Shown here: one piece after another, positions 22,806 through 35,507 of the stretch
How the letters are laid out: the number at the start of each line of letters is the position of its first letter
Position numbering within the stretch: position 1 is the stretch's first letter
Source of the DNA: Eledone cirrhosa
Taxonomy: Eukaryota
Direction: 5' to 3'
NCBI GenBank assembly: GCA_964016885.1
Contig: OZ024757.1
Location: forward strand, 24,428,001-24,492,000
Length of the DNA: 64,000 nt
Translations under genes and position numbers: made by a program
The notes under the pieces: model-generated
Seen by the model: the letters and a program-made list of their open reading frames with translations, nothing else
Told to the model about the DNA's origin: nothing
The model's database searches: none

Positions 22806-23910
22806 ATATCATCATCATCATCTAATGCTCATCTTCCATGCTAGCATGGGTCTGGACGAGAATTGTCCCACTTGAGGCAAGATTGGTTGTCTTCGTCAGG
22901 CGGATTTTCTACGGCTGGATGCCCTTCCTAACACCAACCACGTTTACAGTGTGGACTGGGAAGTTTTTACTGTGTTACCTACACGGCCACATTACAGCGT
23001 GGACTGTGTTTTTTTTTGTTGTGACACCTTCACGGCCTCATTTATTTAGGATTGGATGTTGTGGTACTAACATAGCTTTACATCAAAAGGGGTGGTGTAG
23101 ATGGCGGTAGGGGTAGTGGGACGGGGTAGTATTTTGGTTAAGAGGTGCCTACTGACTGTAGGTTTCGCTTTGTACTTAGGCAAGGCGGGTCTTCTGTATT
23201 ACTGCGTAGCGCCAAAGATCTCGGTCCAGTGACATTGTCTTGGAGAGGTGTAAGTGTGTGAGGTCGGAATTTAGCAAGTCGTTCCAGGTTTTTCTGGGTC
23301 TGCCTACTCCGTAGCTACCATCTATTTTGATCGCCCTGCACTTTTTTATACAGCTGTCGTCTTTCATGCGCATCATGTGACCATACCAACGTAGTCTTCT
23401 CTCGAGTAAACAGCATCTGAACACTCTTATTCCTAATTTCTCACTTAGTTCATTTATGCTTTGCCGTTCGCGTATATTACTATTACACATCCAACGGAGC
23501 ATGCAAGCTTCGTTCCTCTCCAGTCTGTGTAGATCCTCTGCACACAAGGCCCATGTCTCACTGCCATGTAACATTGCTGTTCGTATGCAGGCATCATACA
23601 GCCTGCCTTTCATTTTTAGAGAGAACCCTTTAGCAGCCAATAGTGGTATAAGCTCTCTGAACTTTTTCCATCCCGTTCTGAGTCTGGCTACAGTACTTTC
23701 GGAGCACCCTCCACCACTGCTGATTTTGTCACCCAGGTAACGGAAGGTGTCCACTATTTTTATAGAACCATCTGTGCAATGGAATGAGCTAGTATTCTGT
23801 GGGCACTTGCTGCTACTTATTGCACCAGAGCACCGGCCACATATAAAATCTATATTCTTAGTGAGCTTACCTGTGATCCCACTACATCTTTTATGCACCC
23901 ATACTTTGCT
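22806..23910 (-). mobile_element. RTE-clade LINE 3' portion (family B)
   Basis: ORF 23176-23898 VDTFRYLGDKI...AMLHGSETWAL...RRLRWYGHMMRM, 3' UTR and (GAT)n tail adjoining (TA)n. Confidence 0.93.
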
Positions 23911-24763
23911 ATAGTATATGTATATATAAAACCCATGCTAGCGTGGAAGATAGAAGTTAAACGATGATGAAACCTAACTGGCATGTGTAAGACCCCCTAA
24001 CTGAGAGAGCTAGACACAAGCAATATGCATGGCACTAACTGAAACTCACCTGACAGCTAGCATAGCAGATGCGAAATAGACATACCAAAGTATTTTGTAT
24101 TTGGTACTGATGTCCCACTGTCTGTGACATGCTAACTGTACACATAAAGCAACTCAAAATCGTAATATGTGTCACATATTAGCCACCAGTCATAAAGGCG
24201 TGTTTATAGATAGCCTCAGAAAGATGGAAGAAGCGCTAACCAAACGTGATCAGAGTCTCAACATACTGCTGCTGGGAGATTTTAACCTCGCTAAGATCAA
24301 ATGGCCAGAAAGCCACCCCCTCTCAGGTACTTGATGATGGAACTTGAACAAAGGCAGACAGAATACGTGTTGGACCTTACAAATAGGGTATTGACATGAG
24401 CAATGATGCATTGTTTCATGCACACATTGTCAAAATGGCAGCAATGTGCAGATGACTGGCTGGTTAGATTCTGAGGACTTTGAAAACAAGAGACACGGAA
24501 ACCATGTTGGTCTTCTGGGGGGCATTTGTCCTCAGACAACTGGGCTACAGCTCTCAGTAGAACTTGAAGCAATCTAACAGTGCTACACCAAGAGGACTGC
24601 CTCAATGAAGGAGATAAGCTACTGGGGGAGGCTGAAAGAACTAAATCTCTTTAACTTTGTTAACTCTGATAGGTTTCGGCCAGTATTGGCCCAGGCCATG
24701 TCTAACTAACCTTGCTAGCAGAGGAAGTGGATGTTAAAACGACAATAATGATATATATATATA

Positions 24764-26197
24764 TCATCATCATCATCATCATTTTACGTCCGCTTTTCCC
24801 TGCTTGCAAGGGTGGGACGGGTCTTATTCAGCACAGCATCTCTCCACTCGTCACGGTCCTTCGTCATCTCCACCGTGAGCTTCAATGATCTGAGGTCTGT
24901 TCTCACCACCTCCGCCCATGTTTTTCATGGTCTACCTCTACCACATCTTCCTTCAACTGGCACTTCTTCACCCATCGGTCATCTTCCATGCGCATCACAT
25001 GTCCATACCACCTCAGTCTCCTCTCCCGTACACTACATTCTATCCCTCTCAGACACAGTTTCTCTCGCAACACATTTATGCTGGGTCGTTCACGCACATC
25101 CAACGGAGCATGCTTGCCTCATTTCTCTCCAGTTGCTGCCCATGTCTCACTACCATGCAGCATTGCGCTCCTCACACAGGCATCATACAACCGGCCTTTC
25201 GTACGCAGGGAGAAACCCTTCTTCGTCAACAGAGGAAGCAGCTCCCTAAACTTCTTCCAACCCGTCCTTATTCTAGATACTATGGCCTCGGAACACCCTC
25301 CTCCCATGCCGGAGGTACCGGAAGCTATCCACCACTTCTATAGCGCCCTCCTGCATTTGAAAAATGTGTCTATCAATGCAACTTCTACTGTCTAATTTCC
25401 CTGTACATCTACTGCATACATATTTCTCCCTACCTGTTAGTTTGCCTGCTATCCCGCTACATCTCTTGTGTACCCAGGATCTGCATTGTGTGCATTTTAT
25501 AGAATTTATGCCAGTTCCTTTTCTGCATATCCAACATGGCCATTTCCCTGACGGAATCAGGGTTTTGTCCTCTTTTCTACTCATCAACACTTTTGTCTTA
25601 GCTAGGTTCACTCAGTCCTCTTGCTTCCAACTGCTGTTTCCATAGCCAGAATTTATTCTCTAGCTCCTCTACTAATTCTGCTATAAGAACCAGATCGTCA
25701 GCATAGAGAAGTTCCCATAGACAGCCAGTTTTAAACTCCTCTGTTATGGCTTGGAGGACTATAATGAACAAGAGCGGGCTGAGGACCGAACCCTGATGTA
25801 CTCCTACTTGTATCTGGAATTCCTCACTAAACTCCATTCCTACCCTGACTTTACTGACAGTACCTCTGTACAAAGTTTGCACTGTCCTCACAAGCCATTC
25901 CTCAACACCTAGCTTCCTTAGGGACCACCAGATGACAGATCGGGGTACCCTATCAAAGGCCTTCTCTAGGTCAACAAAGGCTAAGTATAGTGGCTTATTC
26001 TTCTCTAAGAACCTCTCTTGCAATTGTCTCACCAAGAAGAGGACATCTGTTGTACTCTTCCCAGGCACAAAACCAAACTGCATCTCATCTAGTTTGACTT
26101 TCTCTAATTAGTTGTGCTAAAATCCTTTCTGCCACTTTCATAACCTGATCTATCAGTTTTATGCCCCTATAATTGCTCCTCTCCAGAGCATCCCCTT
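24764..26197 (-). mobile_element. RTE-clade LINE, 5'-truncated (family A)
   Basis: ORF 25598-26083 with AFVDLEKAFDRVPR, GVHQGSVLSPLLF, YADD; same family as 577-1998. Confidence 0.95.
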
Positions 26198-26214
26198 TAT
26201 ATATATATATATAG

Positions 26215-28442
26215 GACCAAAAACGTGAGGTGTTCAGGATTGCTAGGCAATGTGTCAAGGAAAACAGTGTCCTTAATGATGATGGTGTACTTGCAATCAC
26301 TGACGCCGATAAGAAGGTAGCTTGGAAGTGTCACTACGAAAGGCTACTAAATGAGGAGAATAAATGGGAGAAAGACAGTCTCCCCCACATCGATCCAATA
26401 GAGGGACCAGCAGTGCTAGTTGAAAGTAGTATAATAAGTAAGGCAATCAAAGATATGAAGACAGGTAAGGCGGCTGGGCCTTCGGAAATAGTTGCTGAAA
26501 TGCTGAAAGCATCTGGAACGGTGGGACACACTATGGTCACCCGGATAGTAAACCAAGTCATACAGAATGGGGTCGTTCCGAAGGACTGGCGTAGCAGCAT
26601 CATCATCATTAACTGCTACAAGGGTAAAGGAGATGCCCTAGATAGGGGTAACTATAGAGGCATTAAGTTAATTGACCAGGTCATGAAGGTCACAGAAAAA
26701 ATAATAGTGCAACTAATCAGAGAGCGAATTGATCTAGATGAAATGCAGTTCGGGTTTGTGTCAGGTAAAAGTACCACAGACGCTCTTTTCATTGTACGAC
26801 AACTACAGGAGAAGTACCTAGCTAAAAGTAAACCCCTATACTTAGCTTTTGTCGACTTGGAGAAAGCCTTTGACAGAGTCCCCCGCTCCATTATCTGGTG
26901 GGCTCTTAGAAAACTAGGTGTTGATGAATGGCTTGTGAGAGCTATACAAGCCATGTATAAAGAAACAGTCAGCAAGGTTAGAATTAACAACGAATATAGT
27001 GAAGAGTTTAGCGTAAAGGTTGGTGTTCATCAGGGCTCCGTCCTTAGGCCCCTCCTATTTATTATTGCCCCTCAGGCTATAACAGAGGAGTTCAAGACCG
27101 GCTGCCCATGGGAACTCCTATACGCAGATGATCTAACACTCATAGCTGAATCAATGGCCGAACTAGAGAAGAAATTCCAAATATGGAAGCATGGCCTAGA
27201 ATGAAAAGGCCTTAAAATTAACCTGTCGAAGACTAAAGTTCTAGTTTGTAGGAAGGAAAATAGGGCACCAGTCCCATCTGGGAAATGGCCATGCTCAGTG
27301 TGTAGGAAAGGAGTAGGCAGAAACTCCTTTTATGTCCCAAATGCAAAGTATGGGTGCATAAAAGATGTAGTGGGATCACAGGTAAGCTAACTAAGAATAT
27401 AGATTTTATATGTGGCCGGTGCTCTGGTGCAATAAGTAGCAGCAAGTGCCCACAGAATACTAGCTCATTCCATTGCACAGATGGTTCTATAGAAATAGTG
27501 GACACCTTCCGTTACCTGGGTGACAAAATCAGCAGTGGTGGAGGGTGCTCCGAAATTACAGTAGCTAGAGTCAGAACGGGATGGAAAAAGTTCAGAGAGC
27601 TTATACCACTATTGACCACTAAAGGGTTCTCACTAAAAATGAAAGGCAGGCTGTATGATGCCTGCATACGAACAGCAATGTTGCATGGCAGTGAGACCTG
27701 GTCATTGTGTGCAAAGGATATATGCAGACTGGAGAGGAACGAAGCTTGCATGCTCCACTGGATGTGTAATAGTAATATACGTAAACAGCAAAGCATAAAC
27801 GAACTAAGGGAGAAATTAGAAATAAGAGGGATCAGATGCTGTTTACTCGAGAGAAGACTACGTTGGTACGGTCACGTGATGCGCATGAAAGACGATAGCT
27901 GTATAAAAAAGTGCAGGGCGATAAAAATAGACGGTAGCCAGACCCAGAAAAACCTGGGACGACTTGATAAATTCCGACCTCACACACTTACACCTCTCCA
28001 AGACAATGTCACTGGACCGAGATCTTTGGCGATACACAGTCATACAGAAGACTCGCCTTGCCTAAGTACAGAGCGAAACCTACAGTCAGCAGGCACCTCT
28101 AACAAGAATACACCCCGGCCCCACTACCCCCCACCCCTTCCAATGTAAAGTTATGTTGGTACCACAGCATCCAGTCCAAAACAAATGAGGGCGTGTAGGT
28201 GTCACGACAAAAAAAACACACAGTCCACGCTGTAATGTGGCCGTGTAGGTAACACGGTAAAAACTTCCCAGTCCACACTGTAAACGTGGTTGGTGTTAGG
28301 AAGGGCATCCAGCCGTAGAAAACCCGCCAGACAGTCCTATACAAGCAAGACAACCAATCTTGCCTCAAGTGGGAAAATTCCCGTCCAAACCCATGCTAGC
28401 GTGGAAGATGGACGTTAAACGATGATGATGATGATGATGATC
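26215..28442 (+). mobile_element. RTE-clade LINE, 5'-truncated (family B), RT largely open
   Basis: ORF 26230-27204 (GKAAGPSEI, FVDLEKAFD, YADD), ORF 27354-28148, 3' UTR and (GAT)n tail at 28420-28442. Confidence 0.95.
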
Positions 28443-28445
28443 ATG

Positions 28446-28521
<76 letters not shown>

Positions 28522-28529
28522 CCACTAAC

Positions 28530-28649
28530 CTCAATAGAATGCCAGCATTGTACTCTGGCTGCCTACCATACTGTATAGATGTAATGTGATGTGAGTCTTT
28601 AGCAGCACTGGGAGAAACAAGACAAAGTGGAAATGAAAAAATTTTATTA
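28530..28649 (-). CDS. Putative internal exon of an unidentified host gene (NKIFSFPLCLVSPSAAKDSHHITSIQYGRQPEYNAGILL)
   Basis: Strong polypyrimidine acceptor tttttttttcctcttccag, donor AG|gttagt, 120 bp open, phase 2/2; a second in-frame acceptor (tctcccag) lies inside. Confidence 0.55.
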
Positions 28650-28753
28650 CTGGAAGAGGAAAAAAAAAAGAAAAATAACAAAACCCTAAATTTTATTAAT
28701 GTTCATCAAGAATGGTAATGTTTATGGTTTTTATAGAATAATATGGTTGAGTG

Positions 28754-31700
28754 AGTAATGTGGTGAACAGATGGCCGAGAAAGTAATGTGGTGAACAGAT
28801 GGCCGAGAAAGTATTGTGGTGAACAGATGGCCGAGAAAGTATTGTGGTGAACAGATGGCCGAGAAAGTAATGTGGTGAACAGATGGCCGAGAAAGTAATG
28901 TGGTGAACAGATGGCCGAGAAAGTAATGTGGTGAACAGATGGCCGAGAAAGTATTGTGGTGAACAGATGGCCGAGAAAGTAATGTGGTGAACAGATGGCC
29001 GAGAAAGTAATGTGGTGAACAGATGGCCGAGAAAGTAATGTGGTGAACAGATGGCCGAGAAAGTAATGTGGTGAACAGATGGCCGAGAAAGTAATGTGGT
29101 GAACAGATGGCCGAGAAAGTATTGTGGTGAACAGATGGCCGAGAAAGTATTGTGGTGAACAGATGGCCGAGAAAGTAATGTGGTGAACAGATGGCCGAGA
29201 AAGTAATGTGGTGAACAGATGGCCGAGAAAGTAATGTGGTGAACAGATGGCCGAGAAAGTATTGTGGTGAACAGATGGCCGAGAAAGTAATGTGGTGAAC
29301 AGATGGCCGAGAAAGTAATGTGGTGAACAGATGGCCGAGAAAGTAATGTGGTGAACAGATGGCCGAGAAAGTAATGTGGTGAACAGATGGCCGAGAAAGT
29401 AATGTGGTGAACAGATGGCCGAGAAAGTATTGTGGTGAACAGATGGCCGAGAAAGTATTGTGGTGAACAGATGGCCGAGAAAGTAATGTGGTGAACAGAT
29501 GGCCGAGAAAGTATTGTGGTGAACAGATGGCCGAGAAAGTATTGTGGTGAACAGATGGCCGAGAAAGTATTGTGATGAACAGATGGCCGAGAAAGTAATG
29601 TGGTGAACAGATGGCCGAGAAAGTATTGTGGTGAACAGATGGCCGAGAAAGTAATGTGGTGAACAGATGGCCGAGAAAGTATTGTGATGAACAGATGGCC
29701 GAGAAAGTAATGTGGTGAACAGATGGCCGAGAAAGTAATGTGGTGAACAGATGGCCGAGAAAGTAATGTGGTGAACAGATGGCCGAGAAAGTAATGTGGT
29801 GAACAGATGGCCGAGAAAGTATTGTGGTGAACAGATGGCCGAGAAAGTAATGTGGTGAACAGATGGCCGAGAAAGTATTGTGGTGAACAGATGGTCGAGA
29901 ATGTAATGTGGTGAACAGATGGCCGAGAAAGTATTGTGGTGAACAGATGGCCGAGAAAGTATTGTGGTGAACAGATGGCCGAGAAAGTAATGTGGTGAAC
30001 AGATGGCCGAGAAAGTAATGTGGTGAACAGATGGCCGAGAAAGTAATGTGGTGAACAGATGGCCGAGAAAGTATTGTGGTGAACAGATGGCCGAGAAAGT
30101 AATGTGGTGAACAGATGGCCGAGAAAGTAATGTGGTGAACAGATGGCCGAGAAAGTAATGTGGTGAACAGATGGCCGAGAAAGTAATGTGGTGAACAGAT
30201 GGCCGAGAAAGTAATGTGGTGAACAGATGGCCGAGAAAGTATTGTGGTGAACAGATGGCCGAGAAAGTATTGTGGTGAACAGATGGCCGAGAAAGTAATG
30301 TGGTGAACAGATGGCCGAGAAAGTAATGTGGTGAACAGATGGCCGAGAAAGTAATGTGGTGAACAGATGGCCGAGAAAGTATTGTGGTGAACAGATGGCC
30401 GAGAAAGTAATGTGGTGAACAGATGGCCGAGAAAGTAATGTGGTGAACAGATGGCCGAGAAAGTAATGTGGTGAACAGATGGCCGAGAAAGTAATGTGGT
30501 GAACAGATGGCCGAGAAAGTAATGTGGTGAACAGATGGCCGAGAAAGTATTGTGGTGAACAGATGGCCGAGAAAGTATTGTGGTGAACAGATGGCCGAGA
30601 AAGTAATGTGGTGAACAGATGGCCGAGAAAGTATTGTGGTGAACAGATGGCCGAGAAAGTATTGTGGTGAACAGATGGCCGAGAAAGTATTGTGATGAAC
30701 AGATGGCCGAGAAAGTAATGTGGTGAACAGATGGCCGAGAAAGTATTGTGGTGAACAGATGGCCGAGAAAGTAATGTGGTGAACAGATGGCCGAGAAAGT
30801 ATTGTGATGAACAGATGGCCGAGAAAGTAATGTGGTGAACAGATGGCCGAGAAAGTAATGTGGTGAACAGATGGCCGAGAAAGTAATGTGGTGAACAGAT
30901 GGCCGAGAAAGTAATGTGGTGAACAGATGGCCGAGAAAGTATTGTGGTGAACAGATGGCCGAGAAAGTAATGTGGTGAACAGATGGCCGAGAAAGTATTG
31001 TGGTGAACAGATGGTCGAGAATGTAATGTGGTGAACAGATGGCCGAGAAAGTATTGTGGTGAACAGATGGCCGAGAAAGTATTGTGGTGAACAGATGGCC
31101 GAGAAAGTAATGTGGTGAACAGATGGCCGAGAAAGTAATGTGGTGAACAGATGGCCGAGAAAGTAATGTGGTGAACAGATGGCCGAGAAAGTATTGTGGT
31201 GAACAGATGGCCGAGAAAGTATTGTGGTGAACAGATGGCCGAGAAAGTATTGTGGTGAACAGATGGCCGAGAAAGTATTGTGGTGAACAGATGGCCGAGA
31301 AAGTAATGTGGTGAACAGATGGCCGAGAAAGTATTGTGGTGAACAGATGGCCGAGAAAGTATTGTGGTGAACAGATGGCCGAGAAAGTATTGTGGTGAAC
31401 AGATGGCCGAGAAAGTATTGTGGTGAACAGATGGCCGAGAAAGTAATGTGGTGAACAGATGGCCGAGAATGTAATGTGGTGAACAGATGGCCGAGAAAGT
31501 ATTGTGGTGAACAGATGGCCGAGAAAGTATTGTGGTGAACAGATGGCCGAGAAAGTATTGTGGTGAACAGATGGCCGAGAAAGTATTGTGGTGAACAGAT
31601 GGCCGAGAAAGTATTGTGGTGAACAGATGGCCGAGAAAGTAATGTGGTGAACAGATGGCCGAGAAAGTAATGTGGTGAACAGATGGCCGAGAAAGTAATG

Positions 31701-33559
31701 TGGTGAACAGATGGCCGAGAAAGTATTGTGGTGAACAGATGGCCGAGAAAGTATTGTGGTGAACAGATGGCCGAGAAAGTATTGTGGTGAACAGATGGCC
31801 GAGAAAGTATTGTGGTGAACAGATGGCCGAGAAAGTATTGTGGTGAACAGATGGCCGAGAAAGTAATGTGGTGAACAGATGGCCGAGAAAGTAATGTGGT
31901 GAACAGATGGCCGAGAAAGTAATGTGGTGAACAGATGGCCGAGAAAGTATTGTGGTGAACAGATGGCCGAGAAAGTATTGTGGTGAACAGATGGCCGAGA
32001 AAGTAATGTGGTGAACAGATGGCCGAGAATGTAATGTGGTGAACAGATGGCCGAGAAAGTATTGTGGTGAACAGATGGCCGAGAAAGTATTGTGGTGAAC
32101 AGATGGCCGAGAAAGTAATGTGGTGAACAGATGGCCGAGAAAGTATTGTGGTGAACAGATGGCCGAGAAAGTATTGTGGTGAACAGATGGCCGAGAAAGT
32201 ATTGTGGTGAACAGATGGCCGAGAAAGTATTGTGGTGAACAGATGGCCGAGAAAGTAATGTGGTGAACAGATGGCCGAGAAAGTAATGTGGTGAACAGAT
32301 GGCCGAGAAAGTATTGTGGTGAACAGATGGCCGAGAAAGTAATGTGGTGAACAGATGGCCGAGAAAGTAATGTGGTGAACAGATGGCCGAGAAAGTAATG
32401 TGGTGAACAGATGGCCGAGAAAGTAATGTGGTGAACAGATGGCCGAGAAAGTAATGTGGTGAACAGATGGCCGAGAAAGTAATGTGGTGAACAGATGGCC
32501 GAGAAAGTAATGTGGTGAACAGATGGCCGAGAAAGTAATGTGGTGAACAGATGGCCGAGAAAGTAATGTGGTGAACAGATGGCCGAGAAAGTATTGTGGT
32601 GAACAGATGGCCGAGAAAGTATTGTGGTGAACAGATGGCCGAGAAAGTATTGTGGTGAACAGATGGCCGAGAAAGTAATGTGGTGAACAGATGGCCGAGA
32701 AAGTAATGTGGTGAACAGATGGCCGAGAAAGTATTGTGGTGAACAGATGGCCGAGAAAGTAATGTGGTGAACAGATGGCCGAGAAAGTAATGTGGTGAAC
32801 AGATGGCCGAGAAAGTAATGTGGTGAACAGATGGCCGAGAAAGTAATGTGGTGAACAGATGGCCGAGAAAGTAATGTGGTGAACAGATGGCCGAGAAAGT
32901 AATGTGGTGAACAGATGGCCGAGAAAGTAATGTGGTGAACAGATGGCCGAGAAAGTAATGTGGTGAACAGATGGCCGAGAAAGTAATGTGGTGAACAGAT
33001 GGCCGAGAAAGTATTGTGGTGAACAGATGGCCGAGAAAGTATTGTGGTGAACAGATGGCCGAGAAAGTATTGTGGTGAACAGATGGCCGAGAAAGTAATG
33101 TGGTGAACAGATGGCCGAGAAAGTAATGTGGTGAACAGATGGCCGAGAAAGTAATGTGGTGAACAGATGGCCGAGAAAGTATTGTGGTGAACAGATGGCC
33201 GAGAAAGTATTGTGGTGAACAGATGGCCGAGAAAGTAATGTGGTGAACAGATGGCCGAGAAAGTAATGTGGTGAACAGATGGCCGAGAAAGTAATGTGGT
33301 GAACAGATGGCCGAGAAAGTAATGTGGTGAACAGATGGCCGAGAAAGTAATGTGGTGAACAGATGGCCGAGAAAGTATTGTGGTGAACAGATGGCCGAGA
33401 AAGTATTGTGGTGAACAGATGGCCGAGAAAGTATTGTGGTGAACAGATGGCCGAGAAAGTATTGTGGTGAACAGATGGCCGAGAAAGTAATGTGGTGAAC
33501 AGATGGCCGAGAAAGTAATGTGGTGAACAGATGGCCGAGAAAGTAATGTGGTGAACAGA
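28754..33559. repeat. 28-bp minisatellite, ~170 copies
   Basis: Unit agta[a/t]tgtggtgaacagatggccgagaa; degenerate relatives continue to ~33760. Confidence 0.98.
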
Positions 33560-33834
33560 CAGTTGAGGGTGGTGAACATATAGTTAAGGAAGTGATGTGG
33601 TAAACAAATGGTTAGGAACGTGATGTGATGAACAGGTGGTTTAGGAAATGGTGAACATATATTTGCGGAAATGATGTGGTAAACAGACAGTTGAGGGTGA
33701 TGTAAAGATGGTTGAGAGTACAGAAATAGTTAAAGATGTGATGTAGTGAAGAGGTGGTTAACCACTTCATCTAGTTCTTAATAGAGTCCAGAACTACCCC
33801 CTAATGGAGATGTTCAGGTGAATCTTCTAGATTT

Positions 33835-33950
33835 CTAAACACAGTCTAACATTTCAGTTTCCATTTCATTAATGGGGTCTTCCTCTGCTGCATCAGAATC
33901 ACTGTCATCAGAACTGGCAATTGATGTAAAGATCTGTTTCACAGGTTTCT
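33835..33950 (-). CDS. Putative host-gene exon (KPVKQIFTSIASSDDSDSDAAEEDPINEMETE...)
   Basis: Acceptor ttgttgtttctccag, phase 1 matching exon 37112-37241. Ends either at TAG (33835) or at donor AT|gttaga (33851), which is phase-compatible with exon 28530-28649. Confidence 0.65.
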
Positions 33951-34229
33951 CTGGAGAAACAACAATAACACATGAAAGGGCAATATAGAGAGAATCTAAA
34001 TGAATTAAATGGATGAGGGGAGCTTCTATATGTGTGGTCACTGTGTCTGTTTTAAAAATAGCAGCAAAAATTCCCTTAATCACATACATTATTAATTTAA
34101 CCCTTTTGACACCAATCGTTCTACATTACAAAGTTGTCTATATTAAAGTGTTTATATTTACCTATAAACCAGGTGTCATAATTCTGTGTAAGAACTTTCA
34201 TTAAGTTCTGTTCGAAACACCAGTGTAAT

Positions 34230-34410
34230 AATTGTTTCTACTTTAGGCACAAGGCCAACAATTACCCAGTGTATTACTGGTACTTTATTTTATCGACCCC
34301 GTAAGGATGAGAGGCAAAGTTAACCTCGGCTGGATTTGAACGCAGAATGGCAAGGACCGTAACTCTATGTGTCAAAGCATGGCGTCCGACCCTCTGCCGA
34401 TACTGCTAAT
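34230..34410 (-). mobile_element. tRNA-derived SINE (same family as 8730-8918)
   Basis: ttgtttctactttaggcacaaggcc...tatcgaccccgtaaggatga...gatttgaac. Confidence 0.8.
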
Positions 34411-35229
34411 TCACAGCGTTTCATTAGAAATATAATAATGAAAGGACACATTAGATTATGTACTAGATAAACCAGACTATGTTCTAATGATTCTGCTAAT
34501 CCATCACCCTGGGCTAGTACTTTATTCATAAACCATGGGGGGATGAAAGGCAAGGATCACCTAGGCAGAATTTGAACTTGGAACACAAGGATTTTCTTGG
34601 ACATTCTTTTTTTTAAAAAGTGTAATAAATATATTAAACAAGAGGACTACTAAAGTACTGCTTGACATGCAAGAAATAGCAGCCAAATCTCATTTAAATC
34701 ACATCCTATCCTCTTACAAAAATAAAGGTAATATAGCTGTATATACTGTTAAATAGATGAAATGGTCAATGGCTTTAGTTTTAGGCCGGCAATGATCAGA
34801 ACTGACCAGAGATTAAAAAACAATAATGCCAATAACAACAATCATCATCAAGTCAGTACTGAAGTGGGGCTACTGACCACGCAGATAGGCCGAGGGGGTC
34901 TGTATCTTGCTTATGTACGATCATATTGAGTGCAGAGGAGAATTTGTGTTTTTTTACACAAACTGAAGGGTCCCCCTAACACTTTATTTGTCAAGCTTTC
35001 TATGATTGGATGCCTTTCCTATCACCAACCACTTTACAGCATGTACTGGGTGCTTTTATTGTGTAGATCACTAACACTAGAGAGGTTGTTGTGTTTTTGA
35101 CACAACCAAAAGGGTCCTCTCAACCCTTTTAGGCATGGTTTCTACAGCAGGGTGCCAATAACAAATGGTCGATGGTTTTTAATTTTAGGTCAGCAATGAT
35201 CAGAACTGACCAGTGGTTAATAAACAACA

Positions 35230-35475
35230 CCTTCTTGAGTCATGCACAAAGTCCTTGTTCTAGACTTCCCGATCTCTCATCACAGATAGAAGATCCCGTC
35301 CAGTGAGGCCAGTGTCCCTTGCCAACAGAGTCCTGATGGTTATGTTTGGACGTCCTTATCAGTGTGTTGCATCTGATGACCAGAGAAGCAGTTTCCCTGC
35401 AGGTTCATCATGGCAGGAAATATGACCAGACCAGCAACAGCCAAGTGATGGGATTGAACTCTCGATGAAACTTGT
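35230..35475 (-). mobile_element. Decayed RTE-like LINE 3' coding fragment
   Basis: Minus strand reads GRPNITIRTLLARDTGLTGRDLLSVMRDREV, typical of an RTE C-terminus. Confidence 0.6.
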
Positions 35476-35507
35476 GGAAGATATAATAGCAACAATAATA
35501 ACAAATA

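Noticed and set aside
24660-24700. Additional hammerhead on the minus strand (also ~37490-37530)
   Set aside because: Only stem II plus GAAAC here with no CUGANGA; the 37.5-kb motif has a mutated core (CTGATAA/GAAG). Too decayed to call.
28754-33559. CRISPR-like array
   Set aside because: The repeats are contiguous with no unique spacers, there are no cas genes, and the context is eukaryotic.
28696-33579. 1627-aa ORF
   Set aside because: It reads through a 28-bp satellite whose minus strand has no stop codon in any frame; the 28-aa period is simply three monomers. No evidence of a real protein.
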